Source: Hypanus sabinus (taxonomy: Eukaryota). From it: 64,000 bases of DNA. The position numbers and the translations under genes are program-made. Location of the stretch: contig NC_082709.1 of the NCBI RefSeq assembly GCF_030144855.1, positions 148,304,001 through 148,368,000 on the forward strand, given 5' to 3'. Shown in pieces: positions 1-12,629 of this stretch; positions within the stretch are counted from its first letter, which is position 1, and each line of letters starts with the position of its first letter. The notes beneath the pieces were generated by a model, which did not search any database, was not told the origin of the DNA, and saw nothing but the letters and a program-made list of their open reading frames with translations.

Positions 1-239
1 GACAGGATGGTGTGGTGGCGGCTGTGGGGGGGCATCTGGAGTGTAGCGGCAGGATGGTGTGGTGGCGGCTGTGGGGGGGCATCTGGAGTGTAGCGTCAGA
101 ATGGTGTGGTGGCGGCTGTGGGGGGGGGGCATCTAGAGTGTAGCGTCAGGATGGTGTGGTGGCGGCTGTGGGGGGGGGGGCATCTAGAGTGTAGCGGCAG
201 GATGGTGTGGCGGTTGTGGGGGGGCATCTGGAGTGTAGC
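1..239. repeat. G-rich minisatellite, 5 units of 44-51 bp, probably truncated by the window start
   Basis: Unit GGCAGGATGGTGTGGTGGCGGCTGTG(G)nCATCT(G/A)GAGTGTAGC at 1-47, 48-94, 95-144, 145-195 and 196-239; the length variation is mostly in the G-run. Confidence 0.95.
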
Positions 240-560
240 GGTGGGGTGTTTGGGGGGGGGGGGAGTTGCCGGTGATAAGCTGGCTGTGTTAGTGGTGAGG
301 GAGGGAGAGCCGGGTGCGGGTCTGGGGAAGATGAGGGTTGGTGCTGGTGTGGAGTTTCTCCGCGTTGAGGACTCGAGGCTCGGCAGCCCCCGCCGCCGCT
401 GTGTACCGGCTTTCTGAACGACTGTATTTCCAACTCCTTATCGACGCTGCCCAGAACATTACGGGGAGGGGTTGCCCTGTTTCATTGCTGCCACCCTTCG
501 CGTGGATTGTGAAGGTGTGGGGGGGGGGGGAAGAGGTTAGACAGGGGGAATTTAGTTTTA
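240..560. promoter_or_regulatory. CpG/GC-rich segment, possibly the 3' edge of the CpG island around PTGFRN exon 1
   Basis: Retains many CpGs (e.g. GGCTCGGCAGCCCCCGCCGCCGCTG) in an otherwise CpG-depleted window; it lies 5' of the first identified exon on the same strand. Confidence 0.3.
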
Positions 561-3500
561 TTTGATGGTTAATTCAGGATCTTGAAATGTGAAAAACTGC
601 AGAGTCTTGGCGATTGTTCTTTTGGGATTCAGATTGTTTAGGAGTGATTTAAGAGTTTGCAGGCTGTCTTATATTTGATTGAGTTGCTGCTGTAATTTCA
701 GTCTTCAGTCACCGTGGAATCGGGATGGTCTGTACCCATTGTTTATGCCAGCGATATTTTAACGTTGTGTGCGAATGTGTCACTGATTTCAAACATGTGA
801 CTGTGCACTCCGACAAGAAGTTCTCACCCTCCGTTCTGTTTTTTTGAAAAAATCATTTCCACATCAACCTTCCGCGAATAAAAGGAGGCTGGGCACCGCT
901 TGAATATAGTAATTACATGCGGTACAACCCCGCAGTCCAACATGCTCTCTGATTCAGAATTACACAGTTCTTTCACCTTGTATCCTGTAGGATCCTTAAG
1001 GAGTTTCAGAAATGAACATGTACATCTTAAGGAGACAAGGGAGTAAAGTGACTGCGGTACACAATGGATTTCTCTTTGCAATTCTCCATGTTTAGTAGTG
1101 TGGTGGCTTGTTCTCTGCCTGCTTTTGTAAAATTGAAGGCTGTGTGCAACTTGCATTTCAGCAAGGTCTTCAAGCCAAGGACTGTTTTCATAAATAGGTT
1201 CTCCAATAACATATACCGATAATCTAACTTCTGTTTAGTAACCCATGTTCTTGACATAAATGATTGTCACTTAAAATCAGGATCTGTTTCTGTTCCAAAC
1301 ATACCGTAGAGATAAAGAGATTTCCTTATACAGGATAATGCCATCGTTGCCGTTGAATCCTGTACACAGTGAAAATGCTGCTTGAGTGATTACCCTGGAG
1401 GAGAACTTCTCGGATCATCCGTTTTCACTCTTGCAATCCCAAATCTGAATAAGCATGTAGTCTGTCTGAGCTCTAACCTCAAATGTTGCTGATAGTATTT
1501 GCTACAGAATGCATTTAAGCTCCTCAAAATGGAAAAACTTACACCAAATGTTTTTGTACACCTCACTGTTGCTATGGTGACGCCCTAAAAAGTTGTACAA
1601 GGAAGTTGGCAGCTGTTTCTTGTGAGGAGTATGTGTGGGGGCATGGTATTGTGTTTCCAATTGCATTTGTATGGGTTTTTGCATGTTTTCATTCCTCTTA
1701 TTGAAATACGGTATTACTGTGCTAATCACACCTTTTTTACATTACCCACACAATTATTGTTAATTTGTAACCTTATACATTTACAAATCACCCATTTTTA
1801 CCAGACAGAATCTAATGGTTCCTCATTGTGATCAACTAGCAATTATCTGAATTTGAACACAATTAGATGGAAAAACTGAAAGGTTACAGAAGCAGACTAT
1901 AGGAGACTTTTGAAAGGTTGAATGAAAAGGTTTATGCAGGGAATTTCAGTGTCTAAACCCTAGGTAGCTGAATATAAAGTTATAGTTATGAAAAAGGAGT
2001 TGAAGACGCACAGGATCTCACAAAAATATGTTTCTAGTTGTGCAGGGCTGAGGAGGGACACAGAAGGGCATACAATGTCAGCATGCATGAGAAAAAGTTT
2101 AAATTTGAGGCAATTAGGATACTCAGAACCACCATAGTTCAAAGGTAAAGGTGAATGGGATTTGGAAATGGCTCACGTGTCAGGTGAAGCTATAAAGAGT
2201 TGAAAATGCAATGTTGTCCAGAAGACATTGCAGTGGTCATAGAGTTATAAAGCAAATCAGCCAATGTGTCTTCCTTATCTAGATCCGTTTGCCTATGTCC
2301 CTCAATCTTTCCTGTCCATGAACCTATCCAAATGCCTTTTACACATTGTAATTCTACCCAACTCTATCACATCTTCAGGCAGTTCATTCCATGTACACTT
2401 TACTATCTGTGGAAAAACTTGCCTCTCAGTTGCCCTTTAAATGTGAACCACTAAACCTAGTTTTAGACTCCTCTGCCCTGGGGAGAATGACTGTGAGCAG
2501 TCTCTCATAATGTTGTAATCCTCAATAAGCTCCACCCTCGGCCTCATCTGATTCGGTGAGAACAGTCCCAATCTCATACTCAAGTAGTACTTGGAGGCCG
2601 CCAACCCCAGAACAGACTTTTGAATCTTCTCCGCACTCTCTCAAATTTAATCACAGACTTGCTATTGTACAACAACCATCCAACTCTTATAGTCAGTATC
2701 CTAATGCATGTTCCAACACCTTAGGAACAACTTCCCCTCTGCCATCAGATTACGGAATAGTTGATGAACACCACTCATTATTTTGGTCTATTTATTAACC
2801 TTTTATACCTAACTAAATCAAATTGTAATGTATAGTTTTTTATGCATTGCACTATACTGCTGCTGCAGGAACAATGAATTTCATGACATATGTGAGTAAT
2901 AATAAACTTGACTCAGATCCAGTGAAGATAAGCATCCTTCTCCACCTCCTAGTTTACCTGTGTCATCATTTTCAGGGAACTATGTACTTCTAAGTCTCTG
3001 TATTCTACGACTCTCCTCCTGATCCTGTTGTTAACTGAGTACACCAAGCCCTGCTTTTAACTTTACAAAATTCATCACTTCACACTTGACATCTCCATAA
3101 CTACATGGGTGGAGGTTTGGCAGAATGTTGCATTAGGCCTATTTAGAAGAGGCAGTAGAGACAAACCTCAACACTGGGACACTGATCTTCCATGCAATCT
3201 GTTCTCCTTGGAATTTTGGGGGTGTGTGGATGAGGTTATTGAAAACACCAAGTTTGTTGCTTGGGTCCAAGATTATGTCTGCAATGTTTCCTAAATGTTG
3301 TAACTAGACTAGAGTTGGACAAGTACTTTTGCAACAGGAAAGTGATATACCTGGTGTGTGGGTGCAAATATTGATGTAGAACTTTATATTTTTTGGAAAG
3401 TATATCCATAAAAATAGAATTCATGAAAGTCTTGTCCTAGAATAATATCCAATGACATCACTAAGAATGATAATGGTAATTTTCTCACCAGTAAGCAGAC

Positions 3501-4254
3501 ACTTCATGTCTTTAAGGGATTTTTACTTTGGCAAGATTTGAGGGACAAATAATGCAAATGCCACCAGCATAAATGTGGACATTGTCACAGTCCTATGTTT
3601 ATTATATATAAATCTCAGCTCCCTAGAGATAACAGACCTTTGCCTTCTGTTTTGAATTTGGAGTCATGTGTTTCAGTTTAATTTAAATGTTCACTGCTGC
3701 CATTGTGTCAGAACCAAGTAATGAACAAAATCTGCTAGAGACTCGACATGTAGATAAGAAGAATCAAGCAGTTGTTATGATTTGGGTACAAGACATTTGA
3801 GACTGCCTCAGTTGTGCTGCAGAGTCTGTGTGCTGTTGAGATACATTTTCCAGTTGGCAACCAGGCAGAGTTCCTAAATAGTTTACCCTTGTACCAATTT
3901 CAAATTGTACAAAAGCTTTTTAATTCAACTGAAAGAAAGAGGATAATCAAACATTTGTTCATTTTAGTTTCGAAAAAAAATGTGCTTGGACACTCCTAAA
4001 TCATGTTCACTTTTCTCCTTGCTTTTGCACAAGGAAGTGTTCGACTTTTGGGTGACTTCTTTCCTCGGCGGTCTAGATAGGTTCACAAAAGCAGTGGAAT
4101 GTGATTTATACTTGTGCTGCATTAATGCTTGTTTGTTTTGCTGTGTTTTCAGTGTGAAAGCAATTGGACAACTTGTAAATTTATGAACAAATTAAATAAG
4201 TACCTTTTAGAAGAATTGTACTCTATTGAATATTTGTAAGCTAAAGTAAAAATC

Positions 4255-4630
4255 CTATTATAGTCAGAATCAGGTTTAATATCACTGACATGTATTGTGA
4301 GATTTGTTGCATTTGCCATGGCTGTACAATACATTACATAATAAAGGGGGGAATGAATTACAGTAAATATATATGTAAATTCAATAAGTAGTGAATAAAT
4401 TTTAAAAAAAAGTAGTGGGGTAGTGCTCATGGGTTCAATGTCCATTCAGAAACCTGATGATGGAGGGAAGAAGCTGTTCCTGAAACATTGAGTGTGATCT
4501 GCAGGCTTCTATACCTCCTTCCTGATGGTAGCAACGAGAACAAGGCATGACCTGGGTTATGAGGGTCCTTAATGATAGATACTGCCTTTTTGAGGTATTG
4601 CTCCTTGAAGGAGTCCCTGTTTGTGCTCAA
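4255..4630 (-). mobile_element. Rex/Babar-like LINE 3' fragment
   Basis: Minus-strand translation IIKDPHNPGHALFSLLPSGRRYRSL, typical of the Rex/Babar ORF2 C-terminus, followed by a 3' tail ending in CCTGATTCTGA. Confidence 0.7.
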
Positions 4631-4849
4631 AGCTGTATACAGAATCATTAACCCAAAATACCGAAACCAGAGATTCTGTACTCATTTTAAAAGAATGTGG
4701 TAGTGAATGTGCAAAATGGAATGATGCATGCCACTAGATTTCCTTTTGCCCTGCTTATAACGGAGTCAGTGAATAAGGAATATTAAAGCTGCTGCCTCCT
4801 TTGAGGTTTATGTTCACAGGGATGATTTGTGGGGTCAGAAAGGAGAGTG

Positions 4850-5600
4850 AGTGTCAGTGTTACGGAATTAGAAGTCAGGCCAGAGTCTAGATCTCCAATC
4901 CATGTTCTGCATTTGAAGGCCAGCAATGTGGGCAAGTAACAAAAGAAGTCAGGGTCTCCTCTTTGTTCTCAAAAGCCTGAAACATGGATGTGTGACAAAG
5001 GACATCCATAGATGTCAGGCTGGCGAGCACTGTGGAAAAGGAATGGTGGCACACCAGGTCTGCAAGTTTCCTCTCCTCCTCCAGAGGCACGAGGGCCAGT
5101 GACTCCCTTGATACCGAGCCGACAAGTCTGGAGCTCGGTCCATCATCGGTGACTCCAGAGTTCAAGGCCTGGAGTTTGGGGATCTATCATTGGGTACTGG
5201 GGTCAATACTGAAGATCTAAGGCTAAAGGTCAATTTCAAGTCTTGAAGTTGAAGCCTGATGGCCAAACCCCTGGGTGTACTAGTTGTATTCCACTGGGAA
5301 AGTCAGAGTCGGGTTGTTTGTGAGTTCACTGGTGGCCCAGAGGCCCAACCTGGTGTTGTAGCACTGTCTGTATGTGAGGGAGAGGGAGGGAGAAAAGACT
5401 CTTGTTTTGCTGCTGCTGTTGTTGTCCGGTGCTGTGTTCTGCTGAGTATTGTGGGTGTGCTGTGTTGGCTTTGGCAATGGAATTTTTAGTGACACTTATG
5501 GGCTGCCCCCAGCCTCTCCTTAGCTTGTGTTGGTTGTAAAGCAAACTACACACGTCACTATATGTTTCAATGTCCATGTAATAAATCTGTCTGACTCTGA
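4850..5600 (+). mobile_element. GC-rich-headed non-autonomous retroelement with a LINE-type 3' tail
   Basis: GC-rich body ending TGTTTCAATGTCCATGTAATAAATCTG; related tails occur at about 28930-29040, 32720-32830 (-) and 46700-46740. Confidence 0.5.
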
Positions 5601-6170
5601 GCTGGAAAGCCTCCCAGTTGCAGAAGGCAGCTGGTTTCTTTCCACACTTTATTTGTCCTATTTAATATATTGTGTTTCCATGGCACAGTTCCTAGAGAAT
5701 CTCCATTCATGGATACAAATGCCAGGTCTCATACTCCTTGGCTTTGTCCACAGCCTTTCTGTCTTCTGACTCCAACAGCAGGATCAAAATTGGGTTCTTG
5801 ATTAGAGTTGAACACAAGTGCTCCTGTCAGGTGATACCTGAGGTTCTAACTTTTAATTGCCCGTAAAAAATTTGACATTATATTCACTTTGATTAAATAA
5901 ACCTGAAAATGTAAATACTGTGTCAGGCAGCATTTGTAGGGATTTATCATTTCATATTGATATCCTTTCAACAGAGCTAGTATAGGAAGAGAAAAGCTCA
6001 GTGCATTCCAAGTCCAGCAATAAAGTGGGAAATCAGCTTGTTAGTATCAAATGGCCCCCATTGCCTCTAACTTCCAAGATGCAGTGTGCAGGTGTGGAAG
6101 TCATAGTTAACTCGAAAAGACATCAATGGTAGCTCTCTATGGAAGGAAAACCATCTATCCATTACTTTCA

Positions 6171-6300
6171 ACAGAAAATCTGCAGTGCTGGAAGTCAAAG
6201 CAACACGCTCAAAATGCTGGAGTAAATCTGCAGGGCAGGCAGTATCTGTAGAAAAGAATATAGTCGATGTTTCAGGCCAAGACCTTTCATCAGAACTGAA
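6171..6300 (-). mobile_element. Solo PLE pLTR copy containing a hammerhead motif
   Basis: The reverse complement matches the terminal segment of the PLE at 43095-43230. Confidence 0.8.
6262..6297 (-). ncRNA. Minimal type I hammerhead ribozyme motif (AUC cleavage triplet)
   Basis: Minus strand reads AGUU CUGAUGA A AGG UCUUGG CCU GAAA CAUC GACU: core intact, stems I and II pair, stem III palindrome ACGU changed to ACAU. Confidence 0.7.
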
Positions 6301-6319
6301 CAATTACTCTTATCTGAGC

Positions 6320-6482
6320 AACACAAGCACAAAACGCTGGAGGAACTCAGCAGGCCAGGCAGCATCGGGACGAAATGTCAACTGTACTTTTTTCCAAAGA
6401 TGCTGCCTGGTTTGCTGAATTCCTCCAGCATTTTGTGCCTGTTACTCAGATTTCCAGTGTCTGCAGATTTTCTGCTGTTTTT
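6320..6482 (+). mobile_element. Fold-back (inverted) pLTR element
   Basis: Arms 6327-6366 and 6399-6438 are 36/40 reverse-complementary; the extended tail is on the right. Confidence 0.8.
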
Positions 6483-7139
6483 ACTTTTACCTGAGTTGAT
6501 TTTGAGAAGAACTGCTTAATTATTGTTGGATGTACCGAGGCACAGTGAAAAGCTTACTGAGTGCATGAAAACTTATCAGTGCATTGAGGTGGCACAAGGT
6601 AAAACAGCAACAGAAAGAAGAGAAAAGTGTAACGAAGGTAGACAAAGTGTACGGTCACAACGATGTAGATTATGAGGTCAAGAGTCTAGAAAGAACAATT
6701 CGCTCCATTTTTTCTTTGTTGTCAGGAGTTAGTCTGATGACAGATGTACTCTTCGTGCATATGCTGACTCCACTTTTGCTGTGGTGGTTTTGAAGTACTA
6801 CCTGTACTGGTTTTGCACATTTTTGAATTTCCTTCCCTCTCATTATCCTTGCTTTATGCACCTCGACCACATTCTGCCTAGGCAGAAAATATTCCACCTG
6901 TTGGTGGACAAATCCTGTGTTGAAACTGTAATTTGTACCAAGTTCAGTTCACCCATCATTTGCATTGGCTCCTGGTCCGGAAGGACCTACATTTAAAAAA
7001 AAATATTTAGGGCAAAGAAGTTAAGAAATTTCTTCAATTTTTTATAAAAAAATAACTTACTATGGAGGTAGAGTCATTGAATGTATTCAAGAAAAAGATA
7101 AGTAGAATTTTGTATATTAAAGAATATTAAAGAAGACTG

Positions 7140-7628
7140 AAGCCATGGAAAGGGTGCAGAGGAGATTTACAAGGATGTTGCCTAGATTGGGGAGCATGCC
7201 TTATGAAAACAAGTTGAGTGAACTCAGCCTTTTCTCCTTGGAGCGATGCAGGATGAGAGGTGACCTGATAGAAGTGTATAAGATGATGAGAGGCATTGAT
7301 CATGTGGATAGTCAGAGGCTTTTTCCCCAGGGCTGAAATGGTTGCCACAGGAGGACGCAAGTTTAAGGTGCTGGGGAGTAGGTACAGAGGAGATGTCAGG
7401 GGTAAGTTTTTTACTCAGAGAGTGGTGAGTGTATGGAATGGGCTGCCGACAACGGTGGTGGAGGTGGATATGATAGGGTCTTTTAAGAGACTTTTGGAGA
7501 GGTGCAAGGAGGTTAGAAAAATAAAGGGCTATGGACAAGCCTAGTAATTTCTAAGGTAGGGACGTGTTCAGCACAACTTTGTGGGCTGAAGAGCCTGTAT
7601 TGTGCTGTAGGTTTTCTGTGTTTCTATG
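7140..7628 (+). mobile_element. CR1 LINE 3' end
   Basis: ERVQRRFTRMLP...FSLER.RMRGDLIEVYK is a CR1 ORF2 C-terminal motif; the tail reads TTCTGTGTTTCTATG. Confidence 0.88.
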
Positions 7629-8029
7629 TAAATATATCTAAGCATTCACAATGTTTTAATGTTAATATTACATACTCAAGATGCAAGGTATTTGGGTTAT
7701 TGCAGGAATTGTCACTGAGTTAAAGATCACCCGTGTTCACTGGCAGGCTTTAGAGGCATGACAGGCTGAATAGTCTACTATTTCTGAGAGAGAAAAAGGA
7801 CTAGTATTTTGCAATTTCATAAGTTTGTTAATACAAATGATTGGGAATCAGATGTGATCTGATTTCAAAGGCTGTTCCTTTCCTGACCAGGTAATTCTAA
7901 TTTAATATTTGAAGATGCTGTTCAGAACAACTCCGAAGTGTACAGCGACAGATGTGATAAATTACAACTCAGCATTGAGATGCTGATCAAGCAGAGAGCT
8001 GCGCAGTTCATTAAAGTGTAGCTTATTAA

Positions 8030-8760
8030 ATGTGAGTGATTGGGATGTATGACTATTCAGAGACCATGTACACAAACCACAGAATGGTAATGTGTAGGTG
8101 CAGCAAACAGTTAAAGAAAGCAAATACTAAGTTGGCATTTGTTTGAATAAAGATGAAAAGGAGTGTTACTGTAATTTTATATAAGACTTTGGTGAGGCCA
8201 CCATTGAAATATGCCATAGCAATTTGATTTCCTCACCAACGAACACACTGCTGTGGAGGGAGTGTAGTAAAGTTCTTGGGGTGGTTAGTCTGTATTTTCA
8301 GGAGAGATTGATAGACTACTTCTAAACATCTATCATGCTCAACGTGAACATTCATTGTAAATCCAGAGTATAGAGGAAAAAGAAATTAGCACATGAAAAT
8401 TTACAAAAATCCTGCAGGACTCAACAGTGTAGATGAGGGAAGATGTTCCCCTCAGCTGTCTATAAACTGGGGTCACACTCAAAATAAAGAATAGGTCACT
8501 TAGGACTGAAGTGAAGGGAAATTTCTTCACTAGGGGAATGGTGAATCTTAAATTCTCCACTCCAGAGTACGGCAAAGTCTGTCACAGATATCATTCAAAG
8601 CTAAAGTGAAAACTTTGTTATTTAAGGGATTCAAGACATAAGGATATATGCAGGAAAACTTTTTTTTGTGGGAGATCACCCATGATTTTGGTTACTTCAT
8701 GAATTTCACTGCTGGTGCAGGTTTGGGAGTCTGAATCGCCTCCTCCTGCTGTCTCTATTG
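8030..8760 (+). mobile_element. Old CR1 LINE fragment
   Basis: Degenerate YKTLVRP and GHTLKI...RNFFT motifs. Confidence 0.6.
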
Positions 8761-10764
8761 TAAACATTGGATAAAGGCACTTGGTAAAATCTTCATTTTG
8801 TGAAGTGTAGTCATCCAATTCATTTTTTCCATTGGAGCTGAGTTGGTGTTAAGTAGGATTGTCCTCAACATAAGTCCTTAATGTAACATCCTTTCTTTCA
8901 GTTTGACACATTGGCCCTCTTCCCATACCTGTCCCTTGTGCTAATTCTGCAACTGGGCTTCATAATAACATGGAGGCCTTGATTCCACAGCTGTTCATAA
9001 GCAGAGTGAGCTGAGAGTGGCAACCAGGACTGAACACCACTCACACTGTGACATTTTAAAATGTCTCTAATTAGAGTTGAAATTGATTAAAATAATAAAA
9101 ATGTTAAATAGATCTATGTAATCACTCCTAACTAGACAAACTATACTATGCAGTGATATTTTTTTTAAAAACATACAAAATTACTTGCTTTATCTTCAGG
9201 CTGTTAAATTTTATCCAAATAAAGGATGTCTTATAAAATGCAGCAGTAATGCCTGGCATAAAGCTGAGTAGTATGGTAGCAGGTACAACCACTGGGATCT
9301 GAAATTTTTTTAAAGTCTTGGCAAAGCAGGATGCCCTTTGTGACCTCCAGTATGTTTTGTATTTCTGTGTTGCAGGTCTGGAACGTGTTGAGATTTGTTC
9401 TGCAGCTTGTGGGCTGCCTGACAGCCAACAGTAATTTTTGGTCCAGTGGTTATATTGCTCCACAGTGTTTGCCTATTGTAGCACAAAATGCCTGCTTTTC
9501 AATCAACTAAAATGTACATTAGGCAGTGTAAAACTTCGTTGCTTCGCTATTAAAATATGTATTGTTGCATTGGTTGTGTCTGAGTTAGTCACTTCTTTTG
9601 TGGTAGGCTAAAATTATTTTTACAGAGACATTCTTATCCAATATGTCTAAAGGGTAGACTGTACAGAGACTCAATATTTCTTTTATTTTCCACAAGGTTA
9701 CCTTGAAATGTTTATACTCGCACATAATTAATCTAGGATGATGCCTCATTGCAATAGTGTGCTTTGTTAGTAGGGATGTAGTGAAAATCTTATTAAAAAA
9801 TACACTATTGCAATGTCCAGAGGAGCAGGGTGTTCCAGCAATATTGTGAATGATATATTTCTCGCCAAACTTCCAGGACTAAAAGAATTGATTATAATTA
9901 CTTTGTTTCATTTCCATTGTCAGCAGAGCTACAACTAAGCTTCATAGTACTTTAATTGGATTTGAAGTGTTTTGTGAAGTCTTGACTCTGTGATTAGGTG
10001 CAATGAAAGACAATTATCTTGCTGGACTATAATGGGCACTGACTGATGCCTCACAAAAATATTCCAGACGCCTTTGTTTTTGCTTTGTGTTTTATTTGGC
10101 TTTGATCAGAAAATTTAACTTGGAAGAATGGAGTAAAATCTTATTGTGCAATGCGTTCAGTTGTGTTTATTAAAGCTTAATCTCTTAATCTCTGAACACC
10201 TTTGTGCATAAATGAAGAACGATGGGAAGGCTAATATGATGCAATTTGATCTTCTCCCATTATTTCTGCCAACCCTGCCACCTTCACTGATCTATGCTTG
10301 CCTTTCGTAGACTTTTCGTACACCTTGATATCTCTGTTTCTGTGCTGGTGTTTCACATCGTGCTGGCTTCTCCTCTATATAATACATTCCCACTGAATAT
10401 TCTGCCCACTAGTGTGGTGTCATTGACAGCAAAATTATATTACCATGTATATCAGTAATAAAATCTCAAGGGTGAAGCAAACTTGGATTCCATTCAACCT
10501 TGAAGTTCCCATGGCTGTCATTGCCACAGAAGATATCTGGCGGTGATGGGTGGGAAAATGGTGAAGGGAATGAAGGAATGTGGCAGTCAGCCTTTTGAAA
10601 TTGATGTTCCTTTAGATGTACTCTGACTGATCTATGCCTTCACTAAGTTTTAATCATTATATATTGTTACCCAATTTAAAAACATTGTTCTGGTAGCTAA
10701 TCTTTCAGAGGTTAAGCTTTGATAAGTACATTTGGATGGATTTATTTTACTTGTTTGAGTTAAG

Positions 10765-11020
10765 AGCACAGAGCAGGCCCTTCTGCCTCAACAAGCTGCA
10801 CCACCCGGTGACCCACCTATTTAACCCTAGACTGATCACAGGACAGTCTACAACGACCAGCTAACCTGTGCATCTTTGGAACGTGGGAAGACACTAGAGC
10901 ATCCAGAGGAGAATCACACATTCATGGGAATGATGTACACACTCCTGACAGGAGGAGCCAGAATTGAACTCTGAACTCAGGCACCCTGAGCTGTAGTAGT
11001 GTAGTGCTAACTAACTCCTT
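10765..11020 (-). mobile_element. tRNA-derived V-SINE-like element
   Basis: The reverse complement carries a B-box-like GTTCAATTC and a V-domain-like GTGTGATTCTCCTCTGGATGCTCTAGTGTCTTCCCAC; near-identical family member at 45368-45612. Confidence 0.65.
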
Positions 11021-11947
11021 TCTACAGTAAAACGCCCAGTAATCCAGTCTGTTTGGGATTTTGGTGATGAAATAGAGGTTTTTTTTTCCCAGACTACTGT
11101 TGCAGTGGTATTGTACAAGTTGAATGTTTACAATGAGGCACAGTCTCCTCATGTGGATCCAAGGTGCTCCATTCCACTATCTAGATGAGCACAATCAATG
11201 CCTCCATATCCCAAATGGTGTACCTCTCCAAATCTCCACCAGTAAAATGATGTATTATGCCAGTGGCTCACGAAGGCAGCTCGTCACCGCCTTCTCAACT
11301 AGGGATGGGCAATTAGTGCTGGCTTAGCTGGCCACACCCAGATCCCGTAAACAAATACATTTTTAAAAAATGTTTCATTTCTATTGACAATGTAGTATGC
11401 TTTTAACATTCCTTCCTGAAATCCATACTGGTGCTTTTCTGATCAGATGATCTTGGGCATAAAATTTCCTCATAACTGGTGATAAACTTGCGTGTTATTT
11501 TGTTTCTACTTCACTTTATTAAATAAAGAAGTAACTGTGTATTTTTCAAAACCAAAGGCACAGTTCCTAAATCGTGCTCCTCCTGTTAAGTCACTTATAG
11601 GTTCCTGTAAACAGCTCTCCTCTTCCTTAATGGACCAGCTTCAGTACATTTTCAGATTAAAGTCTACCAATTCCTTCTGTATTCTGCTCTCTCCTGTGTC
11701 ATCAAGGGCAGACATTTAACATTATTATCCTTTGAACATAGGATTTCCTTTTCCATTTTGCATTTCCTTTTGATATTATTTTCAAGTATATGGTGACAAG
11801 GGGTGAACTGATCCTGATCCCCAGAGCTGTCTGTGTATGGACATTCTCCCTGTCACTTTGTGGGTTTCCACTGGGTCCAATGATTTCTTCTCTCATTTTA
11901 ACAATATGCAGGTCTGAAGATTATTTTGTATCTTTCGACGCAGATCA

Positions 11948-12629
11948 TTAAACAAAGGAGCTGCTTGTGGATTACAGGAGAAAAACAGGTTAACCCCCTT
12001 TGACATCAATGGATCTGGGTTGAGATGGTGAACAGCTTTATGCTCCTCGGCATCCACATCACTGAGGATCTCACGTGGTCTGTGCACACCAGCTCTTACC
12101 ACAGATGGTTGAGGAAGTTTGGTATGAGTCCCCAAATCTTAAGGATTTTCTACAGAGGCATGGTTGAGAGCATCCTGACTGGCTGCATCACTGCCTGGTA
12201 TGGGAACTGTACTTCCCTCAATCATAGGACTCTGCAGAGAGTGGTGCAGGCAACCCAGCGTATCTGTAGATGTGAACTTCCCACTGTTCAGGAGATTTAC
12301 AGAGACAGGTATGTAAAAAGGGCCCGAAGGATCACTGGGGACCCAAGGTCCCCAGACCACAAACTGTTCCAGCTGCTACCATTGGGAAAATGGTACTGCA
12401 GCATAAAAGCCAGGACCAACAGGCTCCGGGACAGCTTCCTCTACCAGGCCGTCAGACTGATTAGTTCACACTGATAAAATTGTATCTCTATGCTATACTG
12501 ACTGTCCGGTTGTACATGCTATTTATTACAAATTGCTATAAATTGCACATTTAGACAGAGATGTAACATAAAGATATTTATTCCTCATGTATGTGAAGGA
12601 TGTAAGTAATAAAGTCAATTCAATTCAAT
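11948..12629 (+). mobile_element. Rex/Babar-like LINE 3' end
   Basis: ORF 12025-12474 (FLGIHITEDLTWS-like...LRKFGMSPQIL...ESILTGCITAWYGN...FQLLP.GK); tail AATAAAGTCAATTCAATTCAAT. Confidence 0.88.

Noticed and set aside
106-433. 103-aa and 95-aa ORFs at the window start
   Set aside because: They are translations of the minisatellite, low in complexity and without a signal-peptide character.
1063-1220. MDFSLQFSMFSSVVACSLPAF as a possible PTGFRN leader exon
   Set aside because: The available phase-1 donors (gtagtg, gtgtgg) are poor and the context is not promoter-like.
824-1257. Overlapping minus-strand ORFs (110 and 76 aa) as a possible viral or host gene
   Set aside because: No recognisable motif; the lengths are compatible with chance.
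1329-1430. Two short inverted repeats (TACAGGAT/ATCCTGTA; AGTGAAAA/TTTTCACT)
   Set aside because: Stems of 8-10 bp are expected by chance; no miRNA- or snoRNA-like features.
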